64,000 bases of DNA. Source: Octopus vulgaris (taxonomy: Eukaryota). Under the pieces are notes generated by a model. That model was not told where the DNA came from and made no database searches. It worked only from the letters and a program-made list of their open reading frames with translations. Positions 41,569 to 53,333 of this stretch are shown here, one piece after another. The stretch is from the NCBI GenBank assembly GCA_951406725.2, contig OX597822.1, positions 68,944,001-69,008,000 on the forward strand. Direction: 5' to 3'. How positions within the stretch are numbered: position 1 is the first letter of the stretch; each line of letters opens with the position of its first letter. A program made the position numbers and the translations under genes.

Positions 41569-41599
<31 letters not shown>

Positions 41600-41733
41600 T
41601 CACTGCCTGGAATCAAACTTGGAATCTTGGGGTTAGTAGCCCGCGCTCTTAACCACTGCACCATATGCCCGTGAGCATATATAAATAATGTAAATAATGT
41701 ACATGGTTCCTCATTTCTTAAATATAGAACTGT
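41376..41733 (-). mobile_element. Family H SINE with 5' inversion
   Basis: Minus-strand body 41376-41672 plus plus-strand 3' tail 41681-41733; 12-bp TSD ACCTT[C/T]ATAATT at 41364-75 and 41734-45; hammerhead core mutated (GAAAC to TAAAC). Confidence 0.85.
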
Positions 41734-42040
41734 ACCTTTATAATTCTATTAAATTAGGTGCATATTTTGCCATGAAAGGAAAATGTTACCCTCAATCTAT
41801 TTTATTCAGTGTAGCCACTGCCTACCTTGCCTACCCAGGCAGCACATCTCTGATATATGGGTACCTCAGAATATATTTAGGTATTTTTTTGTTGCACAGC
41901 TATATGTCAGTGCATCCATAACTGGAGCTGTAATTTCTTTTTACATTTGAATTCCTCAATGACCTTTGGCCACTCGGCATGCATACATTCATACATCATG
42001 TATACATACGAATGTTTACATGTATATGTGTATATGTATG

Positions 42041-42159
42041 GCTTACGGCCATATCACGTTGAAAGCAGCAGTTCTTGTCCGATCACCAAAGTTAAGCAAT
42101 GTTGAGCCTAGTTAGTACTTAGGTGGGTGACCGCTTGGGAAACCTAGGTGCTGTAAGAG
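42041..42159 (+). rRNA. Dispersed 5S rRNA copy, probably a pseudogene
   Basis: GCTTACGGCCATATCACGTTGAAAGCA...GATC...AGTTAAGC...GTTAGTACTT.G.TGGGTGACCGCTTGGGAA..CTAGGTGCTGTAAG; stem I GCTTACGGC/GCTGTAAG; substitutions in box C; no oligo-T terminator. Confidence 0.9.
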
Positions 42160-42172
42160 TCACACATTATAA

Positions 42173-42334
42173 GTGCAGCAGTGACTGTGTGGTAAGTAGC
42201 TTGCTTACCAACCACATGGTTCTGGGTTCAGTCTCACTGCGTGGCACCTTGGGCAAGTGTCTTCTACTATAGTCTTGAGCTGACCAAAGCCTTGTGATTG
42301 GATTTGGTAGATGGAAACTGAAAGAATCCTATTG

Positions 42335-42365
<31 letters not shown>

Positions 42366-42567
42366 GTGTGTGTGTGTTTGTGTATCTGTGTTTGTCCGTT
42401 TGTCCCACCAACATCGCTTGACAACCGATGCTGGTTCGGCAAAAGAGACTGATAGAATAAATACTAGGCTTACAAAGATTAAGTCCTGGGGTCGATTTGC
42501 TCGACTGAAGGCGGTGCTCCAGCATGGCCACACTCAAATGACTAAAACAAGTAAAAGAGTAAAAGAA
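42173..42567 (+). mobile_element. SINE family A copy
   Basis: Full match with a small internal deletion. Confidence 0.88.
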
Positions 42568-43938
42568 TATATTTTTGTGTGTATATATTTACATATGTGT
42601 GTGTGTATGTGTATTGGTTCTACCCATGTAAGCATGGAAAAGTAGATGTTAAGTAATGATGATGATGATGATGATATATGTGTGTGGGTGTATACATACA
42701 TATATAGGTGTGGCTTGTGGTAAGAAGTTTAATCCCACTGCGGGTCACCTTGGTCAAGTGTTTTCTACTATAGCCTTGGGCCAACCAAAGCCTTGTGAAT
42801 GAATTTTGTAGACGGAAACTGAAAGAAGTCTGTTGTGTGTGTGTGTGTGTTTGTTTTTATCCATGGAGAAATTAGCTTGTATTATGGATACAGGTTGTTG
42901 AACTTTGACATAGATAACACCATAGAACAGTGAGAGAATACATTAATTAACCTTGCTGGCTGTGTGATTAAAAAGCTTGTTTTGTAACCACATGTGTGTG
43001 GGTTCTATGCTTGCATGGGTCATGCAGAGTTTATTGAGACAGGTTTCTATGTGGGTTCTGTGTAACATTCTGGGAGCTAATGCCCTCTATTATTGCCCTG
43101 GGTTGACTAGTGCCATGCGAATGAATTTGGCTGGTGGAAACTGTGTGGAAGCTGGTCGTGTGTGTGTGTATGTGTATGTCTTTGTATGTGTATGTTTGTG
43201 TCTTTGTATGTGTATGTGTGTGTGTGTGTGTCTTTGTATGTGTTTGTGTGAGAGAGAATTATGTATTTCTGTGTGCGCGTGTGTCTTTGTATGTGTGTGT
43301 CTTCGTGTTTGTCCCCACCACCCATTGACAACCAGTATTGGTTTGTTCACATCCCTGTGACTTAGCGGTTCAGCAAAAAGAAACCAATAAAATAAGTCCC
43401 AGACTTTAAAAAACAGAAAATAAGTACTGGGTTTGATATATTTGACTTAAAAGCCCTCCCCAAGATGATGCTTCAACATGGCCACAGTTCAATGACTGAA
43501 AGAAATATAGGATAAGAGAGAAAAGATATTAAGAATGCTTTATAGAAACATAAATTGACACCAGCGCATGTCTGGTACTTTATTTTACCAACCTTGGAAA
43601 GATTAATGACCAAGTTGACTTCATCTAGATTTGAATTCAGAATGTAAAGGGTTGTAATTAAATACCACAAGCATTAATTAATTTACTTGCAATAAAATTA
43701 TAGAACAGTTGGTTGATTAATAACTTAGGATAACTATTTGATAATTAGACCACTCTTTAGTTAATCAAGGATGCATTTGGAAATTGGAATATTTTGGAAT
43801 TGGGACATGTAAATATGAAGAAAAATAAATACTTTTGGTGCAGGCATGGCTGTGTAGTAAGATGTTTGCTTCCCAACCACATGGTTCCAGGTTCAGTCAC
43901 ACTGAGTGGCACCTTGGGCAAGTGCCTTCTACCATAGC

Positions 43939-44036
43939 TGGCAGAGAGGTAAAGAATACACACACTACCCATTTTCAGCATAACCCTAACCCTAATTGCT
44001 GGAGACGGGTGGTGTGTGTATTCTTTACCTTCGTCC
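43939..44036. mobile_element. Tiny MITE with telomeric-repeat core (98 bp)
   Basis: Inverted arms AGGTAAAGAATACACACAC.ACCC / GGGT.GTGTGTGTATTCTTTACCT; core TAACCCTAACCCTAA; 6-bp TSD CATAGC; inserted in a family A SINE. Confidence 0.8.
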
Positions 44037-44128
44037 CATAGCCTTGTGAGTGGATTTGGTAGATGAAAACTGAAAAAAGCCCATTGTGTGTATATATGTA
44101 TATCAGTCTATATATACATATGTGTATA

Positions 44129-44535
44129 ACGTGCCATCAGTAATTACTCAGGGTAGGCAGTTGGTGGCGTTTATGTAATAAAACACACACAAAAAAAGAG
44201 AAACACAGGCACGTAACTGAGTTGAAGGCAGATTTACTTCTGCCTTTATAGTATGTAAAGAAAACGTTGTTGTAGGAATGTACACAGCATGTGTACTACA
44301 GCAGTACTATGTGTAGCTTTAATACTGAGACTGAAAGGTGGGGGCAAATTATGCCTACCTAATCAACAAAAAAAAAAATGTATATATTTTGCATTTTATG
44401 CATAGTAATCAGAGTAACTTTCATAATCTTACTGAATTAGGTGCATATTTTGCCATAAAAGGAAAATGTTACTATCAATCTATTTTATTCAGGGTAGGCA
44501 CTGCCTACCTTGCCTACCCAGGCGGCACGTCCCTG
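44129..44535. mobile_element. Second copy of the hAT-type MITE (left TIR clipped)
   Basis: Colinear with 41117-41852 minus the family H insert; ends GGCGGCACGTCCCTG. Confidence 0.75.
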
Positions 44536-45070
44536 ATATATATATATATATATATATATGTTTATTTTTAAAATATAAATATATGAAAGAATATTTATAT
44601 TTTTAAAATAAACATACAAATTTCCACACGAAAGCACGTAATCTATGCCCTAGGCACGTAACTTCGACCATGTTTTTTCTGATGTGAATTTGATACCCAG
44701 GTATCGGTTAATTCGAATTATCCTTAATAAGATAATTCATTCAACTACTCAAATATATATATATATGTATATCATCATCATCATTATCATCATTTAATGT
44801 CTGTTTTCCATGATGCTGGCATGGATTGGATATTTTGACCAGAGCTGGTAAGGCCAGGGACTGAACCAGGCTCCATTGTTTGTTCTGCCATGGATTCTAT
44901 GGCTAGATGCCCTTCCTAATGCCAGCCACTCTACGGAGTGTACTGGGTGCTTTCTATGTAGTACCAGCACATTAAATTGAAAATTTTAAAGAGGACAGCT
45001 GAGATTGTACCAGAGACCTCACAACCTGTATTTGACTGTTCTACCAGTGAGCTACATCTCTGTATATGCA

Positions 45071-45132
<62 letters not shown>

Positions 45133-46026
45133 TGTGTGTGTGTGATTGTGCAAGTGTTTGCCCCCCCCCCCCACCATTGCTTGACATCCAAAAAGTTTGA
45201 GGAGGGGGGGCAATTCATTCGCCTAAAATTCCTCAAGGCTGTGCCTCTGCATGGCCACAGTCTAATGACTGAGAAAAACTAAAAGAATAAAAGATAAAAC
45301 AAATAAAAGTGAATAATAATAATTTTTTCTGAAATAAGCTCAAATTCCTAAGATTTTATGGAGGACTGTAAGTCAGTTAAATTGACCCCTGTACTTGGGT
45401 AAAGATCCCCTTCGGTCATGACTGACCATGGGATTACACCTAGAAAGTTACCCTCCAAGGTACAAGTCTGGGCAAGGTTGTTTATGGAAGACTAGCAGTC
45501 ACCCATGCATATCAGCCACTCTTCACCATGCCACCAATATTGTCCAAAAGAAAGGGCAAGGCCGATACAGTTTAGCACCAGTGACACCACAACTCATTTC
45601 TAAAGCTGAGTAAACTGGAGCAACATGAAATAAAGTGTCTTGCTCAAGAACACAACACACAGCCTGGTCTGGGAATCAAACTCACTTCTGCATAATTGTG
45701 AGCCTGACGCTCTAACTACTGAGCCATGCACCTTTATTTGGCTGATTCTATATTTTATAAACTCTGGAGGGATGAGAGACAATGTTAATCTTGACAGGAA
45801 TTGAACTTAGATTCTGAAGAGCTGAAACTCATGTAACAAGACATTTTGTCCATTTTCTATATTCTAAAAATTCTGCCAATAAAACATTAAAAAAATAATA
45901 AAAAATCAAAGATGCAATAAATTTGTGCAACAAACTTAAATAAATTTTTGTAAACAACTTGGATAAAATTATTTCTTTCTTAATGAGTTCAGAGAGCACT
46001 GGTTAAAGATATTGGTGAGGCCTCTT

Positions 46027-46070
<44 letters not shown>

Positions 46071-48483
46071 AAGAGAGAGAAAGAGAGAGAGAGAAAGAGA
46101 GAGAGAGAGACCGTGCATGCACGTATGTGTGTGTAACTTAGTGGTTCCATGAATAGAGATTGCTAAAATAAGTCCCAGACAAAAAGTATTTGTGGGGTTA
46201 ATATGATCAACTAAACCTCTTGAATATAGTGCTCTAGCATGGCCACAGTCTAGTGTCTGTAGCTAATTAGATATTAAAAGATTTCAATTTCTTATCATTT
46301 TTTTTTTTACCTAGCAGAATTTAAATGTAAGTCAGCTTGCATTTTAAGTACAAATTCTTAAACGGAATATCTTAATATGTTCAAACGATTATGATTCTTT
46401 TAACAATCTATTGCTAAAATATCATCGTCATCGTCATCGTCGTCATCGTCGTCGTCGTCATCGTCGTCGTCGTCATCATCATCATCATCATCATCATCAC
46501 CACCACCACCATCATTCAATGTTCGTTTTCCTTGGCAGGGATTGGATGGTTTGAAAAGAGCTGGCAATTTAGAGAGCTGCATCTAGTTCCATGGTCTGTT
46601 TTGGTATGGTTTCTACAGCTGGATGCCCTTCCTAACACCAAACACTTTACAGATTGTACTACATGCTATTTACACGGTGCCAGCACCAATGTTTCTTTTT
46701 TATGTGGCACCATCATCAGTGTGATCACTGAGTAACTTGCAAGACAAAAACCCCTGACTTGGAGGGATGAGTAGCACAGCGAGAGAGGTAGCTTCGTGTC
46801 AGTCAAGAGATTAAAGTATAATAGGGGGATAGAGATAAGTATCTTGATTTAGTGGAGATACTTGGCTATATATAATGACTTTGTTATTTTATTGACTGTG
46901 TCTAGTTCAGTGGTCCCCTAACTCTTTCCCTCAGAAAGGAATCTTTCTGGTTTAAATTGCTGCATGATGTTGTAACAGCCATTCCCATAACCTTTTGAGA
47001 ATTCCCAGGGGGGAAATATTTCACTTGCATTTCAAACATCTTTTCATAAATGTATGAATGTCACATTTTTCTGCAAGTTTACAGGAAATCGTTAAAACTT
47101 GCTTCATCCATCCAACCTATCAATTATATTAGCTTGGTAAAAAAAAAAAACAGAAAAAGATTTCAATATATGCAAGAACGGTAAAATGGTTACATGGCTG
47201 AACCAAGCAAAACCAAATAAAACTAAAAGAAACATATAAATAAATAAAATCACAAAAAAAGAGCTTTAAATTAACATTTTAATCTTTGGATTCATTGACA
47301 TTCCTGACAATAGTGTTGGTCAATTCCCACAAGAGATAGATTCCAGACAGTAACATTGGTTGATTCCCATAAGATTTGGATTCTTGACAATAACATCAGT
47401 TAATTCCCATAAGGCTTTACTTTGAGTGCCATTAAACATCACAGACTTCTGTTTTTAGAAATTTTCTGCAAAGATATGAAGAATATGCTGACATGGATGT
47501 GTGGTCAAGAAGGTTGTTTTGCAACCATGTGGGTTTTGGGTTCAGTCCTACTTCACGGCACCTTGAACAAGTGTCTTCTACTATAGCTCAAGGCCATTTA
47601 ATGCCTTTTTTTTTGTGGGTGACATAGGTAGTTGGAAACTGTGAGGAAGCCTGCCTTTGCAAATTAGTAGCTCTAATTCTCTGTAGCTATTGGCTCTGTT
47701 GTGTATATAATCAGTTTGGCTGCTTGTTCCTCTGGGATTGGTCAAGTGATGAAAGCCCAATAAGGATAAAAAAAATTGCTTAAGGTGTTACTCATCCCAC
47801 ACTAAGTAACACCTCTCGTCACCTCTGAGTCCTGAGTCCTCTTTAGTCTTTGATCTAGTCTTTCGTTTACCATTTTCCCCATTGCTGAGTGACAACACTC
47901 TCTCCTCCATGTACACGTAACCTTTTCACTGGGGAAGGGGTCTTTTTTTCCAATCTGTGGAGAACTATTTAAATCTGCCATGTTTATATGTATGTGTACT
48001 ATATAGCTTTACACATTTATATATATATATGTACGCATAATAGAAGATAAACCTAGCCTGAATAGGAAACTGGAATGGAACACTAGCAAACACACCACAA
48101 CATATGACAGAATAAGATCCCCATAAACTGATACCAATATGAACATAATATAATACAATATACAGATAAACAAATGGAATTAAATAACTATATACATTAA
48201 CAAAGTAAATTAAATCAAATTATATACAAATAAGAAGGAAAGAATAGAAAATTAAGTAGGTATAAAGACATGAACAAAATAAATAAAAACAAATTAAACG
48301 AACGTGTATAAACAGGGGATACTGATAATACAGGCACATTCTCCCCCCCCCCCCCACTTACTAAACAGAGACACACACATAGGGGTATATGCATGTGCAA
48401 ATAAAGACACATACAAGAGGAATACAAAATGGCTGATCATCAGTAGGGAAAGACACACAAAAAAGAAAGAAGAAAGCAAAGGA

Positions 48484-48523
48484 CCACTGATGAGGTCACA
48501 GAAGTGTGACGAAAGAACTCTGG
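48484..48523 (+). ncRNA. Minimal type-I hammerhead ribozyme motif (third family)
   Basis: CCA-CUGAUGA-G-GUCACA[GAAG]UGUGAC-GAAA-GAA-CUC-UGG: intact core, 6-bp stem II, stem I CCA/UGG, CUC triplet; followed by AATAAA. Confidence 0.7.
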
Positions 48524-48617
48524 CTGAAATACGATTAATATAAAATAAAGCTTGAACACCAAATATATAGTGTGTGTGTTATAATTGACTAAACTGGCAA
48601 CATGACCATCCCCAAAT

Positions 48618-48657
<40 letters not shown>

Positions 48658-48674
48658 CATATATATATATATAT

Positions 48675-49035
48675 ATTCTTTTATTCTTTTACTTGTTTCA
48701 GTCTTTTGCTGGAGCACTGCCTTTAGTCGAACAATTTGACTCCAGGACTTATTCTTTGTAAGCCTAGTACTTATTCTATCAGTTTCTTCTGATGAACTGC
48801 CAAGTTAGGGGGACGTAAATACACCAACATCGGATGTCAAGTGATGGTGGGGGAACAAACACAGACACCACAAATACATACACACACGCACACACACACA
48901 CACACATACGGTGGGCTTCTTTCAGTTTCCGTCTACCAAATCTACTCACAAAGCTTTGGTTGTCCCAAGGATATAGTAGAAGAGGTGCGATGCTGTGGAA
49001 CTGAACTGGGAAACATATGGTTGGGAAGTAAGCTT
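48675..49035 (-). mobile_element. SINE family A copy with head cut by the adjacent element
   Basis: Reverse-complement match ending at AAGCTTCTT. Confidence 0.8.
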
Positions 49036-50245
49036 CTTTATTTCTTTTAAATTGCCATAAGGGCTTTATATAGAAGGGGACACTACAACACATGTGGGGA
49101 CATATAACAATTAAAATTAAAATATGATGCTATGAATGACACATGAAAAACATTAAAATCAAAATATTAAAATAATGATACATGAATGATAACTTGAGAA
49201 ATGAGAATATGAAAAGTGTGTTACTCATTCCACACTGAGTAACACTACTCATGACCTCTGAGTCCTGAGTCCTCTTTAATCTTTGATCAAGTCTTTTGTT
49301 TACCGTTTTCACTGAGTGACAACACTCTCTCCTCCACGTACACGTAACCTTTTTCACCAGGGGAGGGCTCCTGTGGGAAAAGGGACTGGGTGGGTTTGGT
49401 GTCTGTATGGGGAGGATGGGTCTGAGTGGTCTTGGGTGGGATGGAGTTGCTCTGGGGTCCCACATCACACTGACTGTTCTTCCTCTTTTTCCTTTTATTC
49501 TCTGTCATTGTCCATTCATCCTTCTTATTCCTTCCATCTATCTGTACTTCTTCTTTTTCTCTTCCGTCTCCCGCACCACCTCTTCTGTCGCTTTCCTCTG
49601 TAGAGGGCAGTAAGCTCTAATGTGGCCTTTTTTGGCCATATTTAAAGCATCATGGAACTCTTCCCTCTACCCATACTCTCAATACTATTTCTCCCAAAGT
49701 CACCGTCTCTGCCAAATTTTTCAGCTGCTTCGCCTCCACTTGTATGATGATTTCCAATGTTTTTCCTTTATATCCTCCTTCCTCCATCTCTGTGGCTTGG
49801 AGGACAGCTACCTCCTCCTCACTACCAACGAGGACGGCTGCTGCAACCCAAACCACTTCTATATCAGGTGATGTCTTTCTTCCAAGGTACATGGGCAGAA
49901 GTACTACTTCCTCCATTCTCACCTTTGTACTCGCCACCCCCTTTACCTCCTCCGCTGTCCTAAACTGGACAACCACCTTCCCATATCCATTTCCTTTTGC
50001 TATGCATGTCACTTCCTTCGAAAGCCCCTTCAATGTTTTTTCTACTTTTTCCATCTCCATCCGCTCCACCTTCCTACTCTCCACTGAGTACACCTTGTAG
50101 GTAATGGTCTTCTTTTCCATATTTTCCATGACCCTTTTCGGGGCTAATAACTTTTACATCACCGCCCACCTTCTGTGTCATCTTACATAGCTCCTTCAGT
50201 CTGGCTAGGTCCACCTCCCTTTTCTTCACCTCTGCAAAACTCTTT
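49036..50245 (-). mobile_element. Decayed non-LTR element with Gag-like ORF1 and CCHC knuckle, no ORF2 seen
   Basis: ORF 49650-50129 continues past TGA into CFKYGQKGHIRAYCP (CX2CX4HX4C with one C to Y); 3' end GCCCTTATGGCAATTTAAAAGAAATAAAG; partial second copy at ~47780-47950. Confidence 0.65.
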
Positions 50246-50578
50246 ACATAAACAAACCAACACCGGTTGTGAAGTGGTTGGAATGACAAGCACAAAGCCA
50301 CACACACACAAACACACTCACTCACAAGTCATTGGTCAGCCTGGAGCTATAGTTAAAGACGATTACCTAAGGTACCACATGGTGGAACTGAACCCAAAAC
50401 AACATAAGTGCAAAGTGAACTGCTTAACCATTCAGCCATATCTGCATCTCCATGCAGCTGTGCCACTGCCTCCACATGCCAATATTTATATTTTTACATT
50501 ATATTTTCATTAATTTGCTATCCTGTCATCTCCAAATGTTTTTTTTTTTTTTCAATTCAGAGATTGAATACACCATAG

Positions 50579-50963
50579 TATATTCTGAACACCTTACTTC
50601 CCTGGGCATGGATACAATGAAACTCCGATGTCTGGCAGCTGACTTGGTAGACACCCATAAAATTATTAACCATCTTACTAACAATAACTCTGAGCACCTT
50701 TTCAAACTCCACCTGTCTAACACCCGTGGACATGTTTACAAAGTCAGAAAACAGCACACTTCCCATGACTTTCACTTCCATGCTTCCTGAGATTCGCCAA
50801 CACTGCACCTGATTTTCTCCCCTCCATACACACGCAGGCATGTATCTGACTCATACACTGTTCGCTTTCCAGACATTTGTACATTACTGCATATGCTTTA
50901 TACGCACTTTTGACAAGTTGTGGTGCACCTGAGCACTGTATACAATAATTTCATTATTATTAT
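50579..50963 (+). mobile_element. CR1-clade LINE 3' fragment
   Basis: YSEHLTSLGMDTMKLRCLAADL..HKII...TRGHVYKV resembles the CR1 ORF2 C-terminus; (TAT)n tail. Confidence 0.8.
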
Positions 50964-51228
50964 AGAATGACAACCATAGTGTTCGTATGATAAGGAAACT
51001 ATACGTTTAAAGATGAAGAATTATAATCTCAATATCACAGAAATTCTTTCTCTTTGTTCTTTGATTTGCAAAATATTGACAGCTGCTATTTGTGTGACTT
51101 TTCGATATTCTCCAAAAAATCACTGAAATATTAGAAAGCTCGAAAACAGTTGTGTTTATATTGCTACAAAAAGTCCTGTTAGAAAGGCTTACCTCCATAT
51201 TTATCAAGTAGTTTGTAATGGGAAGACA

Positions 51229-51258
51229 TAACCCTAACCCTAACCCTAACCCTAACCC
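51229..51258 (-). repeat. Interstitial telomeric repeat (TTAGGG)5
   Basis: (TAACCC)5 on the plus strand. Confidence 0.9.
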
Positions 51259-51270
51259 AGTATTGAAACC

Positions 51271-51401
51271 TGGGCGAAAGTAAAGAATACGCACACGGGG
51301 TGGTTAGGGTTAGGGCTTAGGGTTAGGATTAGGGTTTAGGTTTAGGATTAGGGTATTTATTACGCCCAAAACGGGTCGTGTACGTAGTCTTTACCTTCGC
51401 C
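51271..51401. mobile_element. Tiny MITE with telomeric-repeat core (131 bp)
   Basis: 25-bp TIR GGCGAA[A/G]GTAAAGA[A/C]TACG[C/T]ACACG; degenerate (TTAGGG)n core; 6-bp TSD GAAACC; same family as 43939-44036. Confidence 0.85.
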
Positions 51402-51599
51402 GAAACCAATTTATGAGGATAGTGGCTTCAAATAGGGGCTGACTTGGATCGTGATGACCCTCTTAATTCCTGCCAGCATTGAAAGTATACATAAAATTGA
51501 AGGTGAATACACACACACACACGTTCTTGCGGTAAAAAGTATAACACAAGTTCTTAGTAATACATAAAATGCAACAAGTAGTAAACCGTATAATATCTA

Positions 51600-52100
51600 T
51601 CTACACACTAAAATCTCCCTTATAATTATCCTATTCACCGTTGTCATTGTCGCCCGCCCTTTTCGTCAACATTATGTGTTACAGGTCATCTCTTCTAACA
51701 GTAAAAAGTACTGTAGTTGTTCGTATAAAAGCCTCATCCTTGATTTAGTGCTAAATCTTGACAATTTTTTTCCCTTCCTAGATTTAACTTTGTTCTACTT
51801 GTAGTCGCAATCTTTTTTTTTTAACACTTAAAAATCAAGTATAAAATAGTGTGACTTTTATACACGCATAAATGCAGAAACTATTTTTTAGTACTTTTAC
51901 AAATTAATTCAGGGGAACAAAAATCGCAGAAAAAAAATCAAGGAAGAGTTATTCAACACTATGTGTTGCAACAAGAACATCTTAATAAGTTGTGAGTTGC
52001 TCAACGAGAAAACTGCAAGAATATGGCAAAGTTTCTTCGTGGCATCGGTCGGGATATTCGTTTTAGTCATCAGCATTAAAATTACTAAATATACAGGTAA
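51600..52100. promoter_or_regulatory. Putative bidirectional promoter / first-exon region
   Basis: Unique, repeat-free, CpG-retaining DNA; plus-strand donor CAG|GTAATG at 52096/97; minus-strand ATG (51672) mini-exon ending G|GTGAAT at 51639/38. Confidence 0.3.
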
Positions 52101-53333
52101 TGCCGCGATACTATTGTAAGGTGTTTTCGATCTGTACGTGTCATGAATTGATGTATTGTCAATAAAGGCCTACTTTGCTTTAAAAATTGAATAAATGGTG
52201 CTTTTCACATATGTGTAATGCCATCGTATGTAAATTTCGTAGAAGTCACGTACTGTCAATTAAAAGCTAATTAAAAATATGTTTGTTTTATTACTTTATT
52301 TACATTAAACAGGACTTCTTTCCTGGTTAAAATTATGACTTTATTCCGGGAACCTTACAAATTGCTTTTCTCCAGAAGCTATTTCTTAACTTAGGTTTCT
52401 GTAGCTGCCGTCAGGGGTTGTATGAATGAAATATAAATATTTTCCCCACATAGTAAAATTCAGAAAAGTCACAAAGTTCGTGTGCTGTGAGATGACAAAA
52501 AGGTCACAACTTGAAACCTCAGAACCAAACTCTCCTCGTGACACATCAACTTAAATCTTCTTTTACAAATTATCTACTGACGAAAACTATGAATTCTCGT
52601 TTTTGTTTCTCCTTGTCTTTCGATAGGATACTAATCCACAGGAAGTAATTTCACCTCAATATCTCACACCTTATCTCCAATCAAATTAACCAACGTTTGG
52701 AAGAATTCTTAAGATATTTCTATCAAGTTTAGCTATACTTTTGTCTTATAATTTTCATCGATTCTATATATCACAGAAAACTTATTCATAATATTGTCTA
52801 CAGAGATGATCGGAAATTCTAACTTTTAGATAATTCAACAAATAATTTATACACGAAAAATAAATTGATAAACTGAAATTAATAGAAAGTTGTTATGTCA
52901 AGGGAAGCAACTCTTGTAATTTTATGAATTGCAAATGACTAAGGGGAAATAACCAAGGTTTAGCTTAAAGATTATTTTGAAGCAATTTTTTCAAGAAAGA
53001 CAAAGATTGAAGAATAATTAAAGCTAAAAGTAGAACGAAATTTGTTATAAAATACATTTTGATTTGTCGAAGTCAAAGCGGATTTTATAATATGCAAGGT
53101 TTGAAAAAAAAAAAACCTTTGAAATAGAATTATTTTATCATTTAAAGAAAATTATTTTTCATTTAATGAACACACCACATGAGAAATTTTCTCAAATTAG
53201 AAACTTTTTATACGGTTGCCTCTGTTAGAAATAAACACAATATCCAGTTTTGAACTGTGGATTATAGAATTAATAGAATGCCAGGCAAATGATTGATTTA
53301 TTTGTTACGATATTAATAATTGTTTGTCTTTAA

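Larger units (their letters stand above)
40795..41852. mobile_element. hAT-type MITE carrying two nested retro-insertions
   Basis: Termini CAGGC.TGTGCC / GCAGCACATCTCTG; 8-bp flanks ATATGTGG / ATATATGG; uninterrupted sister copy at 44129-44535. Confidence 0.65.

Noticed and set aside
47301-47415. Three ~40-bp repeats, superficially CRISPR-like
   Set aside because: Diverged head-to-tail minisatellite without unique spacers, in a eukaryotic context
51229-51353. Telomere-fusion scar
   Set aside because: Orientation is CCCTAA then TTAGGG (the opposite of a fusion), and the second tract is inside a MITE with a TSD
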